Shown: positions 52,321 through 62,862 of the stretch, piece by piece | Layout: each line of letters starts with the position of its first letter | Numbering within the stretch: the first letter of the stretch is position 1 | Assembly (NCBI GenBank): GCA_963771355.1 | Contig: CAVYTA010000006.1 | Location: 64,001-128,000, forward strand | Direction of reading: 5' to 3' | From: an uncultured Candidatus Rokubacteria bacterium | GTDB lineage: Bacteria; Methylomirabilota; Methylomirabilia; Rokubacteriales; CSP1-6 | Length of the DNA: 64,000 nucleotides | The notes under the pieces: generated by a model | Told to the model about the DNA's origin: nothing | Seen by the model: only the letters and a program-made list of their open reading frames with translations | Databases searched by the model: none | Program-made: the position numbers and the translations under genes

Positions 52321-53434
52321 TCAATGCCGCCGGCGGCCCGGGCGGGCCGGGGCGGGGAGCAGACCATGGTGCCGGCGCCAGCCGGCCGGCGGCATGCCGG
52401 CCGCCTTCTTGAAAGCCCGACTAAACGCCGCTTCGGAGTCGTAACCGACATCGAGTGCCACCGCGGACACCTTGGCAACACCGTCGGCCAGTCGGCGCGC
52501 CGCCAGCTGCATCCTCCAGCGGGTCAGGTACTGCATCGGCGGCTGGCCCACGAACTGAGTGAAGCGCTCCGCCAGCGCCGAGCGTGACAACCCGACCTCC
52601 CGCGCCAGACCTCGAAGCGTCCACGCCTGGGCCGGCCGCTCGTGGAGGAGACCCAGCGCGCGTCCGACCATCCCGTCACGCAGGCCGGCGAGCCACCCCG
52701 ACTGCTCGCCGGTCAGCGTGCCGAGGTGCCGCCGCACCACCTCGACGAACATCAGCTCGCTCAGCCGGAGCCGGATGCACTCGCCGCCCGCGCGCCGCTC
52801 ACTCGACTCCGCGATGGTGAGGGCGATCAGCTGCCGCAGCGAGTCGTCCGCCGCCGACCGGTGAACGTGGAGGAGGCGGGGGAGCGTGCCGAGCAGGGGA
52901 TTGAACGGGCGGACGTCGCAGCCGAGGAACCCGCACACGAGATGAAGCGGCTCCGGGCCGCCGCCGCCCTCGACCACCACGAAGGGAAGCTGGCCGGCGG
53001 ACATCTTCTTCATGAAGTCCAGGACCTCGGCCGCGTCCGGACCCGCGCCGGTAGCCACGTCGATGGACATGACGTAGGATCACCGTGTGGGAACACGAGG
53101 ACATCGCCGGTCTCGATCCGCGTCGGCACGCCGCCGGCGATGCGGCCCCAGCACGAGCCCCGGGTCACCACGTGATAGGAGATGACGTGCTGGGCCCGCG
53201 GCAATATGGCCGGGGCCAGCGCGGCGCCGTCCGGCACCGCGATCTCCCAGGGTGACGACGCCTCGACGAGGAAGTAGAGCGCGCCGGTCAGCCGCACCGT
53301 CCGGAGCACGTCGGAAAGCACGTCCGGGGGCGGTGTTCCCGGCGGGGCGGACTCTCGAGCAAGGGCGCCGGACGATCGGGTAGCCCGCGCGCGCGTCCCG
53401 GATGGCGCGACATGCGATCCGGACGCTCGATCAT
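52321..53434 (-). CDS. AraC family regulator with Cupin_6 domain (frameshifted near 53075)
   Basis: DVLSDVL, GDVLVFPHG, WLAGLRD, SRSALAERF, GYDSEAAFSRAFKK; start uncertain. Confidence 0.85.
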
Positions 53435-53506
53435 GGCGGCGCGGCACGCTCCGATCATACACTGCGCCTCGACGAGTGCAGCGCCCCCACGACACCAGGA
53501 GGCGGT

Positions 53507-54322
53507 ATGAGCAAGATCGCGAGCGGGCAGGTGAGCGCGAGCGCGGCGGAGATCTACGAGGAGTTCTACCTTCCCGCTCTCTTCCTCGAGTGGGCGCCCC
53601 GCATGGCGGAGGCGGCGCGCGTGGGCGCGGGCCAGCGCGTGCTCGACGTGGCGTGCGGCACCGGAGTGCTCGCGCGAGCCCTCCCCGCGCGGGTGGGGCC
53701 CCGCGGTGCCGTGACCGGGCTCGACATCAACGAGGGCATGCTGGCGGTGGCGCGGCGCCAGGCGCCCGGCATCGAGTGGCGCCAGGGGGCGGCGGAGGCG
53801 CTGCCCTTCGCGGACGCCAGCTTCGACGCCGTGGTCAGCCAGTTCGGATTGATGTTCTTTCAGGATCGGCCGAAGGCGATCGGCGAGATGCTGCGGGTGC
53901 TGCGGCCCGGCGGCCGCCTCGCCGTCGCGGTCTGGGACTCGCTCGAGCGGACGCCGGGCTACGCGGCCTTCGTTGGCCTGCTGGAGCGCCTCTTCGGGAA
54001 GGAGACGGCGGAGGCCCTTCGGTCGCCATTCGTGCTGGGCGATCCGCCGGCCCTTCGCGCCTTGTTCCGGGAAGGGGGCGCGCCGGACGCCCACATCGTC
54101 ACGCACGAGGGCTCGGCCCGCTTTCCCTCGATCGAGTCCTGGGTGTACACGGACGTCAAGGGCTGGACCGCCGCCGACCTGATCGACGAGGCGGGATACG
54201 CGCGGCTTCTCGCCGAGGCCGAGCGTGAGCTGCGCCCCTTCGTCACCGCCGACGGAACCGTTGTCCTCAGCGCGCCCGCCCACATCGTCACCGCCGTCAA
54301 GCCGGGCGGCGGCGCCCGGTGA
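53507..54322 (+). CDS. Class I SAM methyltransferase
   Basis: VLDVACGTG, GAAEALPF, QFGLMFF, LRPGG; SD AGGAGG. Confidence 0.9.
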   Translation: MSKIASGQVSASAAEIYEEFYLPALFLEWAPRMAEAARVGAGQRVLDVACGTGVLARALPARVGPRGAVTGLDINEGMLAVARRQAPGIEWRQGAAEALPFADASFDAVVSQFGLMFFQDRPKAIGEMLRVLRPGGRLAVAVWDSLERTPGYAAFVGLLERLFGKETAEALRSPFVLGDPPALRALFREGGAPDAHIVTHEGSARFPSIESWVYTDVKGWTAADLIDEAGYARLLAEAERELRPFVTADGTVVLSAPAHIVTAVKPGGGAR

Positions 54323-54339
54323 GCGGGGCCGAGCCGAGG

Positions 54340-55989
54340 TCAGCCTGAGATTCGCTCCTGGCTGGCGTCGCCGGACTCGGGTACCGCCGCCGCGGGCGCG
54401 TCCGGCCGCAGGGTGAAGTAGAAGGTGGCGCCCTCGCCGAACGTGGACTCGGCCCAGATGCGGCCGCCATGGCGCTCGATCACGCGCTGGACGATGGCGA
54501 GGCCCACGCCGGTGCCCTCGTACTCGTCGGCGGGGTGCAGGCGGTGGAACACGCGAAAGAGCTTGTCGGCGTGGCGCATGTCGAATCCGGCGCCATTGTC
54601 CCTCACGTAGTAGACGTCGCCCCGCCGCCCGACTTCGATCCGGGCGGTATCCCGCCGGCGCGTGAACTTGACTGCGTTGGAGAGGAGATTGGTCAGCGCC
54701 TGCTGGAGGAGGCCGGAATCGGCGTCGGCGGTACCGAGCGGGCCCACCGTGAACTCGATGCGCCGGTCCGCGTCGGGGGGACGTACCTCATCCATGGTCC
54801 GGCGCACGAGCGTCTCCAGCGGCACCGGCGCGCGCTCCAGCGCCTGGCGCCCGAGACGTGCGAAGGCGAGTAGATCCTCGATCAGGTGATCCATCTTCCG
54901 GACGCTCTGCTGGATGATGCCCAGGAGCCGGCGGGCCTCCCCATCCAGCCGATCCCCGAAGTCCTCCTCCAGCGCCCGCGCGAAACCGTCGACCGAGCGC
55001 AGGGGCGCGCGCAGATCGTGCGACACCGAGTAGGAGAAGGCTTCCAGGTCCCGGTTCGCTGCGGTCAGCTCCGCCGTGCGCTGCTGGACGAGCCGCCGCT
55101 CACGCCGCTCGCTCTCGTGGGATGCGGCGAGGCGCGCGTAGAGGAGCGCGTGCTCGATCAGGAGCACCCCCAGGACGAAGCTGGCCGCGAGGAGCCCGTA
55201 GATCCGGCCCGCGTAGAAGCCCAGGTCGAAGCGGCCCTGATTGAGGACCGCGGACAGCGCGACGTCGAAGAGCCAGACGCAGAGGACGACCACGAGCCAG
55301 AGGTCGAGCACCGAGTGCGGGCGCCGGCGCCAGAGGGCCCACAGCGCGAGGAGGCTCAGCGCCCAGACGCTCGAGACGACGCCGATCATGGCCGGCGTGT
55401 AGTGGTTGCCCGCCATGATGGCGGGGAGCGCATCCTGCCCTCTGGTCGCGAGAAGGGCTAGCCCGCCCACCGCGGCGAGGGGCGCCGCCACGCAGGCCAG
55501 GATGGCGGCGGCAGGATGGCCGCCCGCGGCTCGACCGGTCGCGAGTCCATCGGGCTTGCAGAGCGCATAGGCGACGACGCAGAGCGGAAAGCCGGCATGC
55601 CAGAACATGTAGAGCCAGGCTGTGGTCTGCGGGCCGGCGCCGAGGAGACCGGTCGGCGCGAAGAGGCCCGGGAAGCTGAGCGTGTGCACGCCCGCCATGC
55701 CCGCGGTGAAGAGATAGCCGGCGGCCAGCACGAGCAGCGCCCGCGTCCGGAGAATGGCGTACTGGCCGAAGAGGAGAACGGCGGTGATCAGGTCGTTGAC
55801 GACGAGGGTGGTCTGGTAGATGGGGATGAACGCCCAGACCGGCGCGAGGGGCACCTTCGCAAAGGGCGCCACCGCGAGGAAGATCGCGCCGCTCACCGCC
55901 ACCACTCCGAGCGCCAGACGCCGATCCCGCTGCCCCGCGGGAATGGTCGACACGAACGCCCCGCTCTCCTCGATGGGGTCGGCTCCCAT
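54340..55989 (-). CDS. MASE4-domain sensor histidine kinase
   Basis: GPQTTAWLYMFWH, SYSVSHDLRAPLR, DNGAGF, GTGVGL. Confidence 0.9.
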   Translation of the reverse strand: MGADPIEESGAFVSTIPAGQRDRRLALGVVAVSGAIFLAVAPFAKVPLAPVWAFIPIYQTTLVVNDLITAVLLFGQYAILRTRALLVLAAGYLFTAGMAGVHTLSFPGLFAPTGLLGAGPQTTAWLYMFWHAGFPLCVVAYALCKPDGLATGRAAGGHPAAAILACVAAPLAAVGGLALLATRGQDALPAIMAGNHYTPAMIGVVSSVWALSLLALWALWRRRPHSVLDLWLVVVLCVWLFDVALSAVLNQGRFDLGFYAGRIYGLLAASFVLGVLLIEHALLYARLAASHESERRERRLVQQRTAELTAANRDLEAFSYSVSHDLRAPLRSVDGFARALEEDFGDRLDGEARRLLGIIQQSVRKMDHLIEDLLAFARLGRQALERAPVPLETLVRRTMDEVRPPDADRRIEFTVGPLGTADADSGLLQQALTNLLSNAVKFTRRRDTARIEVGRRGDVYYVRDNGAGFDMRHADKLFRVFHRLHPADEYEGTGVGLAIVQRVIERHGGRIWAESTFGEGATFYFTLRPDAPAAAVPESGDASQERISG

Positions 55990-56224
55990 GCCTACCTATT
56001 GTAGGACCACCGGTCGCAAGATCACCAGAGTCCGGGGGGTGGGATCGGCCCCCACGATTACGCCCATTTGGCGTATGCTGGCGCCGGTGGCGGCCCTCGT
56101 GGTGGTGGGCGCCCAGGCTACCGGGAACTTCTGCCTTCCCTCCGCGGTTGATCGGCCGGCAGTGAGGCCGCCTTCCGATCGGCGGCGATACCCCAACCGT
56201 TCGCTCCCAAGGAGGAAGACGAAC

Positions 56225-56716
56225 ATGAAGAGGACGCGACTCCCCGCCCTGGTGCTGGGTACGATGGTGCTCTTCGCGGCGGCGTCGACCAGCGCCCAGG
56301 CGCCCCCGCCGTCCTACGGCACCCCGATCAGCCTCGAACAAGCCAAGAAGGTCATGGCCGGGGCCGAGGCCGAGGCAAGGAAGAACAACTGGCCCGTCGT
56401 GATCGCCATCCTCGACTCGGGTGGACAGGTGGTCATGCTGCAACGCATGGACAATGCTCAGTGGGGCAGCATCGAGGTGGCGAAGGACAAGGCCCGTTCC
56501 GCGGTGGCTTTCCGCCGGCCCACCAAGGTGTTCCAGGACCTCATCGCCCAGGGTGGTGCCAACATGCGGCTCCTGAATCTCACCGGCGCCAGCATGCTCG
56601 AAGGCGGCATTCCCATCCTCGTGGACGGCAAGATCGTCGGCGCGGTCGGGGTCTCCGGGGTTACCGCTCAGCAGGACGCCCAGATCGGCCAGGCCGGCAT
56701 TGACACGCTGAAGTAG
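56225..56716 (+). CDS. GlcG/HbpS family heme-binding protein, secreted
   Basis: AILDSGG, RMDNA, KARSA, GGIPI..GAVGVSG. Confidence 0.9.
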   Translation: MKRTRLPALVLGTMVLFAAASTSAQAPPPSYGTPISLEQAKKVMAGAEAEARKNNWPVVIAILDSGGQVVMLQRMDNAQWGSIEVAKDKARSAVAFRRPTKVFQDLIAQGGANMRLLNLTGASMLEGGIPILVDGKIVGAVGVSGVTAQQDAQIGQAGIDTLK

Positions 56717-56724
56717 CTGGTCCC

Positions 56725-56757
56725 GCGGCGGGTCGGACCTCGCGTCCGACCCGCCGC
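56725..56757. terminator. GC-rich hairpin between convergent genes
   Basis: GCGGCGGGTCGGAC-CTCGC-GTCCGACCCGCCGC. Confidence 0.55.
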
Positions 56758-57000
56758 ACGGTGGGTCTTACCCCGGGGAGTCAGCGTGGCTGGAGACTAT
56801 CAGCCGCCGATCAGACGGCAGCTCCTCGCTCAAGGCAGCGCCTCACACCGCTAACTCCTAGATAGACTCCACCCCCCTGGAAATCTGTTCCGAGTTGAAC
56901 ACTGGGACATGTCGGGCGGCCCACACGCGCCGAAGCAGCGCAAGGAGCTATCGGCGCCTAATGGTTCCTCGGCGACGGGTCCCGCTAGGCCGCGGGTGGT

Positions 57001-57654
57001 TTACCCATGCAACAGGACATTGAGGAGGGAACTGTGAATGTGCAGGCCGCCGTTGTACTCGATGAAGCCGAGCTTCCTGAATTTATTCATGAACCCACTG
57101 ATCCGCGGCCGGGTGGTGCCGACCATCTCCGCCAGGACTTCCTGACTGATCTTGGCAATGACCGGCTCGGTCTTTCCTTCCTTGCCAAAGCGCGCCAGCA
57201 ACAGGAGTACCCGGGCCAACCGCTTCTCGCTCGAGTTGAACAGCTGATCGACCAGGTCTTCCTCAAAGCGCACATTGCGGGCCAGCAGGTGCGCCATGAA
57301 GCGCTCGGAGAATATCGACTTCTCGTGGAGGAGTCTCATCATGACTCGCTTGTCGATGCGCACCACCGACGCGTCGGTCATCACCGACGCGGTGGCCATG
57401 CGAACGGGCTGACCGGCGAGACACCCTTCGCCAAAGAAGTCACCGCGTCCGAGCATGGCCACCACCGCCGATTTTCCCCGTTCAGAGACGACCGTGAGCT
57501 TGATCTGTCCTCGGTCGATGTAGAACACGGCGTCTGCGGGGTCCCCTTGGGTGAAGACCACTTGCTTCTTCCGGTACGTGGAAATCGATCGGCCGGTGCG
57601 GGTCTTCGTCAGGAACGCCTTCGAGTCGAACTCAGCGGTCGGCTTTCGGCCCAT
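57001..57654 (-). CDS. Crp/Fnr family regulator
   Basis: FFGEGCL, QLFNSSEKRLAR, SQEVLAEMVGTTR. Confidence 0.92.
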   Translation of the reverse strand: MGRKPTAEFDSKAFLTKTRTGRSISTYRKKQVVFTQGDPADAVFYIDRGQIKLTVVSERGKSAVVAMLGRGDFFGEGCLAGQPVRMATASVMTDASVVRIDKRVMMRLLHEKSIFSERFMAHLLARNVRFEEDLVDQLFNSSEKRLARVLLLLARFGKEGKTEPVIAKISQEVLAEMVGTTRPRISGFMNKFRKLGFIEYNGGLHIHSSLLNVLLHG

Positions 57655-57875
57655 GGCGGCCCTCCGTCACTTCGCGGTTCGAAGCGCTTCACCGGAGTCG
57701 ACGTTGCGTCGAGACTGGCGGGAAGATCTATCCGACCCGCGCCCAGTGGACCAAGAATACCATTTTACCCGGCGAAGAGCGCCCGCCGCGCCGGCCGGGT
57801 CCTGAATTCGCGGGGGTTTGGCCGGGTACTTCAGGTGGTACAGCCCTTGCGTGACAATGCCCCGGAGGAACTCGA

Positions 57876-59444
57876 ATGCACGCGTCCCGTCGGGCTTTTC
57901 TGTGGCGCGCCGGCATGCTTGCCGCGCCCTTGCTGCTGTCGCGAAGTCTCGGGGCCGAGGCTTCGGCGCAGTTCAACGTGCGCGACCACGGCGCACGCGG
58001 CGACGGCCGGGCGAAGGATACCCCGGCCATTCAGGCGGCGATCGACGCCGCGGCCCGATCGGGCGGAACCGTCTCCTTCCCGCCCGGCGACTACGTGTCG
58101 GGGACCCTTCGGCTGCGCAGTCACGTCACGCTGCGTCTCGAGGCCGGCGCGACCGTGCTCGCCAGCCCGGATGGTGAGGACTTCGATCCGCCCGAAGAGC
58201 TCGGCTACGAGACATTCACGGATCGCGAAACCGCGGACTTCACCTGGGCGCTTCTCCAGGGGCGGCGGGTGGCACACGTCCGCATTCTCGGGCCGGGCCG
58301 GATCGACGGGAAGGGGACGTCGCGCGGCGGGCCCAAACCGATCGCTTTGAAGGAGTGTCGAAATATCCAGATTCGCGACTTGACCATCGCCAACGCCCCC
58401 AACTACAACATCAGTCTCCTCGGCTGCGACGAGGTCGAGATCGACCGCGTCACCATTCTGAACGGCTACTCGGATGGGATCGACCCGGATTGCTGCCGGA
58501 ACGTGCGGATCTCCCGATGCCACATCGAGGCACGGGACGATGCGGTGGTGCTGAAGACGAGCTTCGCGCTCGGGGTGCGCCGAGCCACGGAGAACGTGAC
58601 GGTGAGTCACTGCCATCTCGTCACCCGGCACAATGGGCTCAAGCTGGGGACGGAATCGACCGGCGATTTCAGGCGTATCGTCATGCGCGATTGCACCATC
58701 GTCGGGCGGCGGTACCCCGTGAAAGGTGAGCTGAGCTGCGGCATTGCGCTGCAAGCGGTGGATGGCGGGGCGCTGGAACGCGTCGTGGTCTCGAATATCC
58801 GCATGACGGATGTCCGCGCGCCCATTTTCGTCCGGCTGGCCCGGCGTGGGCGCGCGCAGGCCGTGCGGACGGCGGGAGTATTGAGAGACGTCTCGATCTC
58901 GAACGTGGTGGCGACCGGCGCGTCCGGGACCTCCTCCATCACGGGCATACCCGGCCACCCGGTCGAGCGGATTTCTCTGCAAAACGTCCGGGTGACGGCC
59001 GCAGGCGGCGGCAAAGCCGAGCTCGTCTCGCTGGACATGCCGGAGATGGAACGACGGTATCCGGATGCCACCATGTTCGGTGACCTGCCCGCGTATGGAC
59101 TCTATTGCCGGCACGTCGTGGGTCTCAAGGTGAACGAGATCGACCTGAGCGTCGCTCAGGTCGACGCGCGTCCGGCGGTGGTGCTGGATGACGTCCGTGA
59201 CGTGGAGTTCCGGGCCATGCGTGTCATGCCGCCGGCCGACGGCGGCCCGACGCTCTGGCTGCATTCGGTGCAGGATGGCCTCGTTCGCGACCTTCGCCCC
59301 CACGCCTCCGGCCCGACCGTGGTCCGGGTCAGCGGCGCGGCAAGCTCGCGGATCCGCCTGCTCGGACCCCGCGACGCCCCGGTCGATCGCCATACGGTGA
59401 TAGTCGATGGGGATGTGATGGCGACGGCGCTCCAAGGCAGTTAA
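57876..59444 (+). CDS. Tat-exported GH28-like glycoside hydrolase
   Basis: SRRAFL, GARGDG..DT.AIQAAID, SDGIDPD, DDAVVLK, HNGLKLGTE. Confidence 0.85.
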   Translation: MHASRRAFLWRAGMLAAPLLLSRSLGAEASAQFNVRDHGARGDGRAKDTPAIQAAIDAAARSGGTVSFPPGDYVSGTLRLRSHVTLRLEAGATVLASPDGEDFDPPEELGYETFTDRETADFTWALLQGRRVAHVRILGPGRIDGKGTSRGGPKPIALKECRNIQIRDLTIANAPNYNISLLGCDEVEIDRVTILNGYSDGIDPDCCRNVRISRCHIEARDDAVVLKTSFALGVRRATENVTVSHCHLVTRHNGLKLGTESTGDFRRIVMRDCTIVGRRYPVKGELSCGIALQAVDGGALERVVVSNIRMTDVRAPIFVRLARRGRAQAVRTAGVLRDVSISNVVATGASGTSSITGIPGHPVERISLQNVRVTAAGGGKAELVSLDMPEMERRYPDATMFGDLPAYGLYCRHVVGLKVNEIDLSVAQVDARPAVVLDDVRDVEFRAMRVMPPADGGPTLWLHSVQDGLVRDLRPHASGPTVVRVSGAASSRIRLLGPRDAPVDRHTVIVDGDVMATALQGS

Positions 59445-59488
59445 AGGTGACGCCATCGCGCCTGAGGCTGCTCACGGCGTAGCGCTCG

Positions 59489-59869
59489 TCAACCCTGGAT
59501 CTCGATCCAGGCTCGGCGCCGGATGCGACCGGTCAGCCGGGAGAGCAGATCGGTCAGGCGCATCTGCCAGCCGTACTTGGCCCGCATCGCCCGATGGGCC
59601 CGCTCGATCACGGCGGGCTCGGTGACGATGCGGGCGGCCACCTCCCGCCAGGCGCCGCGGATTTCTCCGCGCATGTCGCAGGGGGCGACCCGCGCGCGCG
59701 AGGAATGCCGCAGGCGCTTGACCTTCCCGGAGTCCTGCGCCGTGAGTAGATAGAGCGGTCCGCCGGTCGCGGCGAACCACACCGGCGTTCTCACCTCGGC
59801 GCCCGAGCGCCGGAATGTCGCGAGACTCAGGTAGCGATGCTCGTCGAGCGCGCTGACCTCCGGCCCCAT
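59489..59869 (-). CDS. PPOX-class F420-dependent oxidoreductase
   Basis: YLSLATFRRSG..TPVW, SGKVKRLR, APCDMRG, KYG. Confidence 0.88.
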   Translation of the reverse strand: MGPEVSALDEHRYLSLATFRRSGAEVRTPVWFAATGGPLYLLTAQDSGKVKRLRHSSRARVAPCDMRGEIRGAWREVAARIVTEPAVIERAHRAMRAKYGWQMRLTDLLSRLTGRIRRRAWIEIQG

Positions 59870-59998
59870 GGAGCGATCGTAGCATCGCCGTAGGGAGTTC
59901 GTGCGCGCGGCGGAGGTGTTCGACGAGACGCCTGACGTGGAGCAGGCGGTCGGGTTCCACGGCTAGGCGTCGAGGCGCGGACGCCCGCGCCGCCGAGG

Positions 59999-61084
59999 CT
60001 ACTTCCGGGTCGCTCGCCGCTCCAGCAGTCGGAGGACGGCGGCTTCTTCCTGGCTGAGGCCGGCCGACTCCCGGCCGGTGACGCCGATCTCGAGGCCGCC
60101 GTCCACGTGGGCGGCGACCACGTCTGGGTGGATGTAGCACTTCCGGCAGATCGTCGGCGTGTTGCCGAGCCGGGCCGCCACCGCGACCACGGCCGCGGTG
60201 AGGCGGCGGCGGGTATCGCCGCCGTCGGGGTCCGGGGTGGCCAGTGCGAGGGCGGCGAGCACGGTACCGCCCCAGGTGCGGAAGTCCTTGGCGGTGAACT
60301 CCTCGCCGGCGATCCCGCGCAGGTAGTCGTTGACGTCCGCCGAGTCGATCGCCTGCCGCTGCCCGGCCTCGTCGAGGTACTGAAAGAGCTCGTGGCCGGG
60401 CAGATCCTGGCAGCGCCGTACCACGCCGGCGAGCCGGCGGTCGCTCACGTCGACGGTGTGGCGCTTGCCGCCCTTGCCGCGGAACTCGAAGCGCAGCCGC
60501 GCGCCCGCCACGGTGACGTGCCGGGCGCGGAGCGTGGTGAGGCCGTACGAGCGGTTCTCGCGCGCGTACTCCGCGTTGCCGACGCGAATGAGGGTCGTCT
60601 CGAGGAGGCGGACCACGCCGGCCAGCACCTTCTCGCGCGGCAGCCCGGGGAGGGCCAGGTCCCGCTCCACGCGCTCGCGGATCGCCGGCAGCGCGCGCCC
60701 GAACTCGATGACTCGGTCGAACTTGGCCTCGTCGCGCACGGCCCGCCAGCGCGCGTGATACCGGTACTGCTTCCGGCCGCGCGCGTCGCGGCCCACCGCC
60801 TGGATATGCCCGTGGGCCACGGGACAGATCCACACCTCGGCCCACGCCGGTGGGATCGCCAGGCTCCGGATTCGCCGCAGGGTGGGGAGGTCGCTCACCG
60901 GGTGCCCGTCGACGCCGAGGTAGCGGAACGCGCGCCCGTGGCGAATCCGCTGGAGTCCCGGGCGCGCGTCGGAGACATAACGGAGCTGGGCGGCATCCGC
61001 TGCCACCCCGGCATCGAGCGCGATGCGGCGCATCCGTGGCCGGCGGCGAGTCTTCGGAGCGGCTGGAACCAGCGCCAAAGCCAT
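59999..61084 (-). CDS. Bacterial DNA topoisomerase IB
   Basis: IPPAW, GRKQYRYH, IRVGN..Y, FRGKGGK, AKDFRTW, LGNTPTICRKCYIHP; start may be 61033. Confidence 0.92.
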   Translation of the reverse strand: MALALVPAAPKTRRRPRMRRIALDAGVAADAAQLRYVSDARPGLQRIRHGRAFRYLGVDGHPVSDLPTLRRIRSLAIPPAWAEVWICPVAHGHIQAVGRDARGRKQYRYHARWRAVRDEAKFDRVIEFGRALPAIRERVERDLALPGLPREKVLAGVVRLLETTLIRVGNAEYARENRSYGLTTLRARHVTVAGARLRFEFRGKGGKRHTVDVSDRRLAGVVRRCQDLPGHELFQYLDEAGQRQAIDSADVNDYLRGIAGEEFTAKDFRTWGGTVLAALALATPDPDGGDTRRRLTAAVVAVAARLGNTPTICRKCYIHPDVVAAHVDGGLEIGVTGRESAGLSQEEAAVLRLLERRATRK

Positions 61085-61238
61085 GGGGGCGGATGGAGCA
61101 AGCCATGTGCCACGGGGTCTCCGGGACCCCGGAAGGGGCGAAAGGCGGCTTCCAGGGGCTGCTAACGGGCCCGGTTGACCGCGATGGTCACCCCGGGTGG
61201 ACAGCGAGCGGCACGTGGCGCAGCAATTGCGCGGGTGC

Positions 61239-62003
61239 CTAGGGGAACTCGGCGGCCACCGTTCCGACCGGGACGAAGCGCGCCTCGATCCGGTCGCGCG
61301 CGCCCAGCGCGTACTGCTTGGTGAACGAGCCCGACATGATGCGCGTGCCGGCCTCCAGCGCGAGGCCGAACTCCGCGAGCTTGTTCGCGAGCCATGCCGC
61401 CGACGCTGCCGGCGTGCCGAGCACCTCACCGCCCATCGCGCGCTCGACGAGGGTCCCATTCACGTGGACCTCCACCGACACCGCCGCGAGGTCGGCGCCG
61501 GGCGGCACCGGCACCGCCGGTCCCGTCACGAAGAAGCGTTGCTGCGCGTTGTCGGCCAGGCTCACGTTGAGATCGGCCGCGAAGTCGCCGCGCTTCTCGA
61601 TGATCTCGAAGGCGGGCGCCATGGCGGACAGCGCGGCGGCGGCCTGCTCCGTCGTGACGCCGGGGCCCCGAATCGTCGTTCCCATCGTGAGACAGAGCTC
61701 GTTCTCGAAGCCCGGACTGATGAGCTCGGCGAACGGAATGCGGGCGCCGCTGGGCCGGTCGCCACTGGCGAGCAGGAACCCGAATACCGGCTCGTGCACG
61801 CCCTGCTGGATCTGCATGGCCTTGGCGGTGAGCCCCACCTTCCAGCCCACGTGGCGATCGCCCGCCCGCACGTGATGCGCGAGGACGCCGAGCTGGACGC
61901 GGTACGCCGTGTCGCGGTCGAGCCGCCCTATCCACTCGGGCGGCACGGGAACCCGTTGCCGCGCGCATTGCCAGAACGCGTCGATCGCTTGGTCGATGAG
62001 CAT
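61239..62003 (-). CDS. 2-keto-4-pentenoate hydratase (FAA hydrolase family)
   Basis: GWKVGLT, EPVFG, AFEIIE, ADN, WLANKL, SGSF. Confidence 0.88.
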   Translation of the reverse strand: MLIDQAIDAFWQCARQRVPVPPEWIGRLDRDTAYRVQLGVLAHHVRAGDRHVGWKVGLTAKAMQIQQGVHEPVFGFLLASGDRPSGARIPFAELISPGFENELCLTMGTTIRGPGVTTEQAAAALSAMAPAFEIIEKRGDFAADLNVSLADNAQQRFFVTGPAVPVPPGADLAAVSVEVHVNGTLVERAMGGEVLGTPAASAAWLANKLAEFGLALEAGTRIMSGSFTKQYALGARDRIEARFVPVGTVAAEFP

Positions 62004-62013
62004 CGAAAAGGAG

Positions 62014-62823
62014 CTAGCGCGAGATTGCGGACGCTTCCTCGGCGGGTCGGCCGGGAAGATGCGTGCGGAGGAACTCCTGGATATCGGCGGTCGGCGTCAG
62101 GAACGTCTGGCCCGCGACGGGTACGTCCACGTGGGTGGGGGAGGCCGTCCCCTCGAAGGCGACCCGCGCGGTCGGATAGCCCTCCACCAGACCGACCAGC
62201 TCCCCTCCGCGGGCGCGGAACACGCCCCCGCCGCTGGCCCCGTAGCTTACCGACGTGTCGACCATCAGCCGGCCCGTGCTGGTCAGGCGGCTGCCGCCGG
62301 AGCGCCGAAGCTGGCTGATGACGCCCCGCGAGACCGTGAGCTCGCGGCCCCAGGGGAAGGAGACCACCCAGACCGATTCGCCCAGCATCGCGGTGTTGCC
62401 CAGCCGGGCCACCGGACAGAACGCGCTGCGCGTGCCGAGCAAGGCGAGGTCCAGCTCGTCGGTGTCGCTCACGGCGAGCAGGGTGGCCGAGGCGCGCACC
62501 CCGGGACCCTCATGGCGGCGGAAGAGCACACGGATCTCCTTGCCGCGCCCCGTTCCCGCGAAGGTATGGCCGCTGGTGAGGATGAAGCAGTCGTCGCCGC
62601 CGGGACCGGGACGGGCGGCCACGACGACTCCGGAGCCGCTGCGGAACCGCCGCCCCTCTTGCTGCTCGAGCACGACCTGCACCGAGGCGGGGAGAATGTC
62701 GTCGAGGACGCGCTCGGGCGGCGGCTCACGGAACCCCGAGCCGCCACATCCGGCAGCGCTGATGAGGGTAAGCACGGCCGCCGCGGCTGCCAGCGAGGGC
62801 GCGATGCGCGATGCCTCTCTCAC
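62014..62823 (-). CDS. Trypsin-like serine protease lipoprotein
   Basis: GSGVVV, LTSGH, DLALL, GASGGG. Confidence 0.85.
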   Translation of the reverse strand: MREASRIAPSLAAAAAVLTLISAAGCGGSGFREPPPERVLDDILPASVQVVLEQQEGRRFRSGSGVVVAARPGPGGDDCFILTSGHTFAGTGRGKEIRVLFRRHEGPGVRASATLLAVSDTDELDLALLGTRSAFCPVARLGNTAMLGESVWVVSFPWGRELTVSRGVISQLRRSGGSRLTSTGRLMVDTSVSYGASGGGVFRARGGELVGLVEGYPTARVAFEGTASPTHVDVPVAGQTFLTPTADIQEFLRTHLPGRPAEEASAISR

Positions 62824-62862
62824 AAGACGATAATACGACACACGGTCGCACTCGCGCAGCCA

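Noticed and set aside
56886..56901. TGTTC-N6-GAACA palindrome
   Set aside because: Lies between convergent genes; single copy.
59999..61084. Topoisomerase IB as a phage or mobile-element marker
   Set aside because: Known chromosomal bacterial family; no phage genes or att sites nearby.
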